From the human T2T-CHM13v2.0 reference genome, Homo sapiens, in assembly GCF_009914755.1 (NCBI RefSeq), contig NC_060941.1: a stretch of 64,000 nucleotides of DNA; one strand, 5' to 3'. Under the pieces are notes generated by a model. It had not been told where the DNA came from and did no database searches. It saw nothing but the letters and a program-made list of their open reading frames with translations. The position numbers and the translations under genes are program-made. Below are positions 59,780 through 64,000 of the stretch, one piece after another (position 1 is the stretch's first letter; each line of letters starts with the position of its first letter).

Positions 59780-61164
59780 TTTCGTGAAGAAACACGCGTC
59801 TTGTTTTGGGTGTCATGGCTTGGCAGATCCGCCAAAACAGGCAAATGGCATTACACAATGAGTATTTATGCTTCCTGCCGCCACCAAAAGGAAGTTCACT
59901 GCCATGCTAAAAGTTTAACAAAGAACTCCATAAAGAAACACAAGTCTCACAACAAAAAGCCAACTTCCCACCTCGTTACCAGAGTTGGTTTAAAGTGGTG
60001 GCACCTTATCATTTCTCATGACCAGTTTATCAGTACAGAACTTTATATTGTCCCCAAAATAGGACCTTTAAAATAATGGAACCTTTCCTAGACTTAAAGA
60101 ATTCATAAACATAATGTAATACAAAGTGTCACACAAAGTGTAATTCTACCACCCTTTAAAGTTGCCAAAAGATGAGTGGAGTATCTTGAGATTTAAAAGA
60201 CTAATCTAGGATTCATCAAAACTGGCTTAAATGACTGAAGAAAAAATCGTTCAAATCATTAAATCATCAAATTCGGCAGATAAGAAGGGTATGTATGCTC
60301 TACTACCAAAAAGGAAGACGCAAAATGCTTCACACTTTTTTGTGGCTTACCAGAACCAATATCCGGCATTATACGTCACTTCTGCTTATCAAAAAACACC
60401 CTCACAGTCGTTACAGAACGGTTTTAGTCTTCCCACAAAGTTACACTAACTCACCTGCCCCTGCAACATCTGCACCTAGGTTTCTGCGAATTTCCATTTG
60501 TACTCCTAAAATCACACTCTCAAGCATAGTCATAGTTCTCAAATACCAAAGGCAGGCAGTTTGGAGTCATAGGGTCAAATTACACAAAGAATAAACTAAT
60601 ATTTGTATACACATCCAAAAGAGGTCTTTAGTCTTGGATTTTTAATTTACAACCCTGGGGAAAAACTTTGACTTTTTTATTGTACACACATACACACATA
60701 AATAGTAATTCCACAAAATACAGTAGAAGGGTATTGGACCAACAGATGGCGAACTAGAGCCCCAATCTGAGGCTCCTGAAATCTAAATTAGCAGAATGAA
60801 AAATACCAAATAAGGCAAAGCCCTTTGCAGCGTATACTTAAATATTAAATTCAGACACACCATAACAAAATAATCTTACTGCTGCTCCAAATTTTTAAGA
60901 CTGAACTGTCAGATTTAATTAGGCAACCAAATAAGCAAGATTATATGAAATATATTTTTCTAATGGATTAGGAGAAAACTGGAAAATGCTCATTTTTAAA
61001 ACCATGTATTTGGGGGAACTATAAATTCCAGTTTCCCCTTTCTCTCATTGCTTAGTGCAAGAGTCAAGAGTTCACAGGGTTTATGGCACTTAAATCAGTC
61101 AACCTGTTGTATATTCTTATCTAAAATCAGACATCTTTCTTATTAGGCATCCACTTGTACTTTT

Positions 61165-61830
61165 ATTTTTTTGACAGGGTCCTGCTCGGTTGCCCAGGCT
61201 AGAGTGCAGTGGTGCAATCAAACTCACTGCAGCCTCCCAGGCTCAGGCGATCCTACCTCAGCCTCTTGAGTAGCTGGCACTACAGGCATATGCCACCATG
61301 CCCAGCTGTTATTTTTTTCACTCCTTTTTGTTTTGGTAGATACAGAGTCTCCCTATGTTGCCCAGGCTGGTCTCGAACTCCTGGACTCGAGTGCTGGCAT
61401 TACAGGCATGAGCCACCACACAAAAATCTTATGAAGAGAAACAAATTTTCTTAAATTTCCCCCCAAAAAATAGTGGATGTCCAAAAGGCTGATTGAAAAC
61501 ACCTACATACAAAATAAAACAAACAAACAAAAAAAGATTTAAAGAAAAAGGCCTGGTGCAGCAGCTCACTCCTGTAATCCCAGCACTTTGGGAGGGTGAG
61601 GTGGGAGGATCACTTGAGCTCCGGAGTTAGAGACCAGCCTGGGCAACAGAGTGAGACCCTATCTCTACAAACAAAATTTTAAATTAGCCAAGTGTGGTAG
61701 CATGTGCTTACAGTCCCAGCTACTCCAGAAGCTGAGGGGATTGCTTGAGCCTGGGAGGTCAAGGCTGCAGTGAGTCATGATCATGCCATTGTAGTCCAAC
61801 CTGGGCAACAGAGCGAGACCATCTCAAAAT
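61165..61830. mobile_element. Inverted AluJ pair: - 61165-61420, + 61549-61830
   Basis: Alu motifs. Confidence 0.85.
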
Positions 61831-61889
61831 GAAAAGTGATAAAAAAATAAAAACACCAACATATTTCAAATCACTCTTGGAATAGTCAT

Positions 61890-62295
61890 GTTGACTCTCC
61901 AATATCCACTCTATTCTGATTAGTTTTAACCCATTCTCTTTGCCAATGATTGGTTAGGAATGGCCATGAGATGTGAGTAGAAGCCCCCTGGACAGCCTCC
62001 AAAAGAGAACTGTGAGAAAAGGTTCTTCAATCCTAAAAATGATGGAGGAAAAAACAGTCCCTCTTCCTCAGACAGTGACACCTCAAACTGCTACAGTCAC
62101 CTTTGCAGCAAGCCTGAAGATGCCACCAACATCAAAGGGAATAGAGAGTTGGTCCTTGGTGATAGCATTAAGCCACTGTATCAACCAATCCTGACAATTT
62201 GTATGACTTCTGGATTTCCAGCCACATTACAACAATGTAACAATAAACATTTATTAATTGCTTAAGCCAATTTGAGTTAGGTTCCTTATATAATA
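61890..62295 (+). mobile_element. MLT1-family (MaLR) LTR relic
   Basis: tggccatgagatgtgagtagaag...ggtccttggtgatagcattaagccactg...acttctggatt...aataaac...gcttaagccaatttgagttaggtt are MLT1 3' motifs. Confidence 0.7.
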
Positions 62296-62414
62296 AATGA
62301 AGTCAAAAAACAATGATTGAGTTCTAATGTTTTTTAGTATTTGTATCTTACTTTATGATTACAGTATTTTATATAACTAATCTTATTATTTCTTCCTCAG
62401 AAAAGACATTCCAT

Positions 62415-63264
<850 letters not shown>

Positions 63265-63719
63265 CTACATTACCCTTGGTTAAATGCTGTCTGTAATTCC
63301 TCTGAGTTTGTTTTCATATACCAGTCTTGCCACCTCAAGCCAGCCTGAAAGCCCTTGCAGGCAGGAACTGTGGTTGTTCTAATTTAAGATCTGTAACTCA
63401 TCTATAGATAATAAACGTATTCCAAAAAGGCACTCTCTACCTTCCCTGCCACAGACCTTCTAAACAAGCCAGAAATTCCTAAACAGAATAATCTCACAAA
63501 TTCAGTACCTCGTATGTCCAAACTAATCTCAAAAGGACAATGAATAACTTTTTTTGCACTTAAGAAAAAGCAATTATTATATATTAACTCAGGACAAGTT
63601 CTAAAGCCTAGGCCATTTAGTTTCAAAAGCACAGGGGCCCATTTTTTTGGTTACTTACCTAGGACCTAGCCCAGGGCCTGGCACAAAAGAGACACATCAT
63701 AAGAACTGACTGAATAAAT

Positions 63720-63880
63720 GAAAAAGGTAGAGTGTAGTACTTAAGCACACAGGACCTAGGTAGCCCGATTCTAATCCTGCCTCCCTCACTTATTCTTTGT
63801 GTTACTTTGGGCAAAGTACGTATTCTGCTCTGTAAAATGGAGATAGTAATACCACCTACCTCTTAAGTTTAACTATTATT
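63720..63880 (+). mobile_element. MIR
   Basis: gattctaatcctgcctccctcactta...tgtgttactttgggcaaagt...ctgtaaaatggagatagtaataccacctacctc. Confidence 0.78.
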
Positions 63881-64000
63881 ATTAGTGAATGAAGCTATTT
63901 TCCACAGTTCTAAACTTTAAAGGTTAAAATCTGAGTGAAGCAAAAATCAGCACCTCTTTCCTAATTCAAACTTCAAACACCTATCTACTTAGGACTTGGA

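Larger units (their letters stand above)
58150..59800. promoter_or_regulatory. CpG island / bidirectional promoter KANSL1 - KANSL1-AS1
   Basis: Very high GC and CpG density, GC boxes (GGGCGG), no TATA box, inside an Alu-free zone of about 5.6 kb (55520-61160). Confidence 0.93.
59170..62313 (+). ncRNA. KANSL1-AS1: KANSL1 antisense RNA 1 (divergent lncRNA), boundaries approximate
   Basis: Known divergent transcript at this locus. The sequence shows a strong donor GAG|GTGAGT at 59328/59329, a candidate acceptor CCTCTTCCTCAG| at 62071/62072, and AATAAA at 62242-62247 and 62292-62297. Confidence 0.7.

Noticed and set aside
61017-61031. Second ZNF143-like motif (ACTATAAATTCCAG)
   Set aside because: Several mismatches to consensus and outside the CpG island.

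Overview
Human (primate) genomic DNA covering the 5' end of KANSL1 at 17q21.31, gene on the minus strand. The only well-supported coding sequence is KANSL1 exon 2 (36463-37840), which carries 89 nt of UTR plus codons 1-430; its splice sites are visible. Positions 1-36462 are intron 2, 37841-58412 are intron 1, and a GC-rich non-coding exon 1 (~58413-59019) lies in a CpG-island bidirectional promoter shared with the divergent lncRNA KANSL1-AS1 (~59170-62310, +). The rest is very Alu-dense (roughly 60 full or partial copies, including a young AluYa5), with MIR, L2, old L1, Tigger4a/MER2, MER58A, MER20, MER5, Charlie1 and MLT1 relics. Almost all other ORFs in the track are Alu-derived or GC-rich noise. 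I found no clearly new biological system. The best testable hypotheses concern RNA processing and translation: a circularised exon 2 encoding a 468-aa more-than-one-turn ORF, an 85-aa microprotein ORF in KANSL1-AS1 finishing in an LTR, an overlapping uORF that depends on first-exon choice, a short hairpin-plus-polyA retroposed insert, and apparent conversion between inverted Alus. Repeat subfamily names and boundaries were assigned by eye and are approximate.
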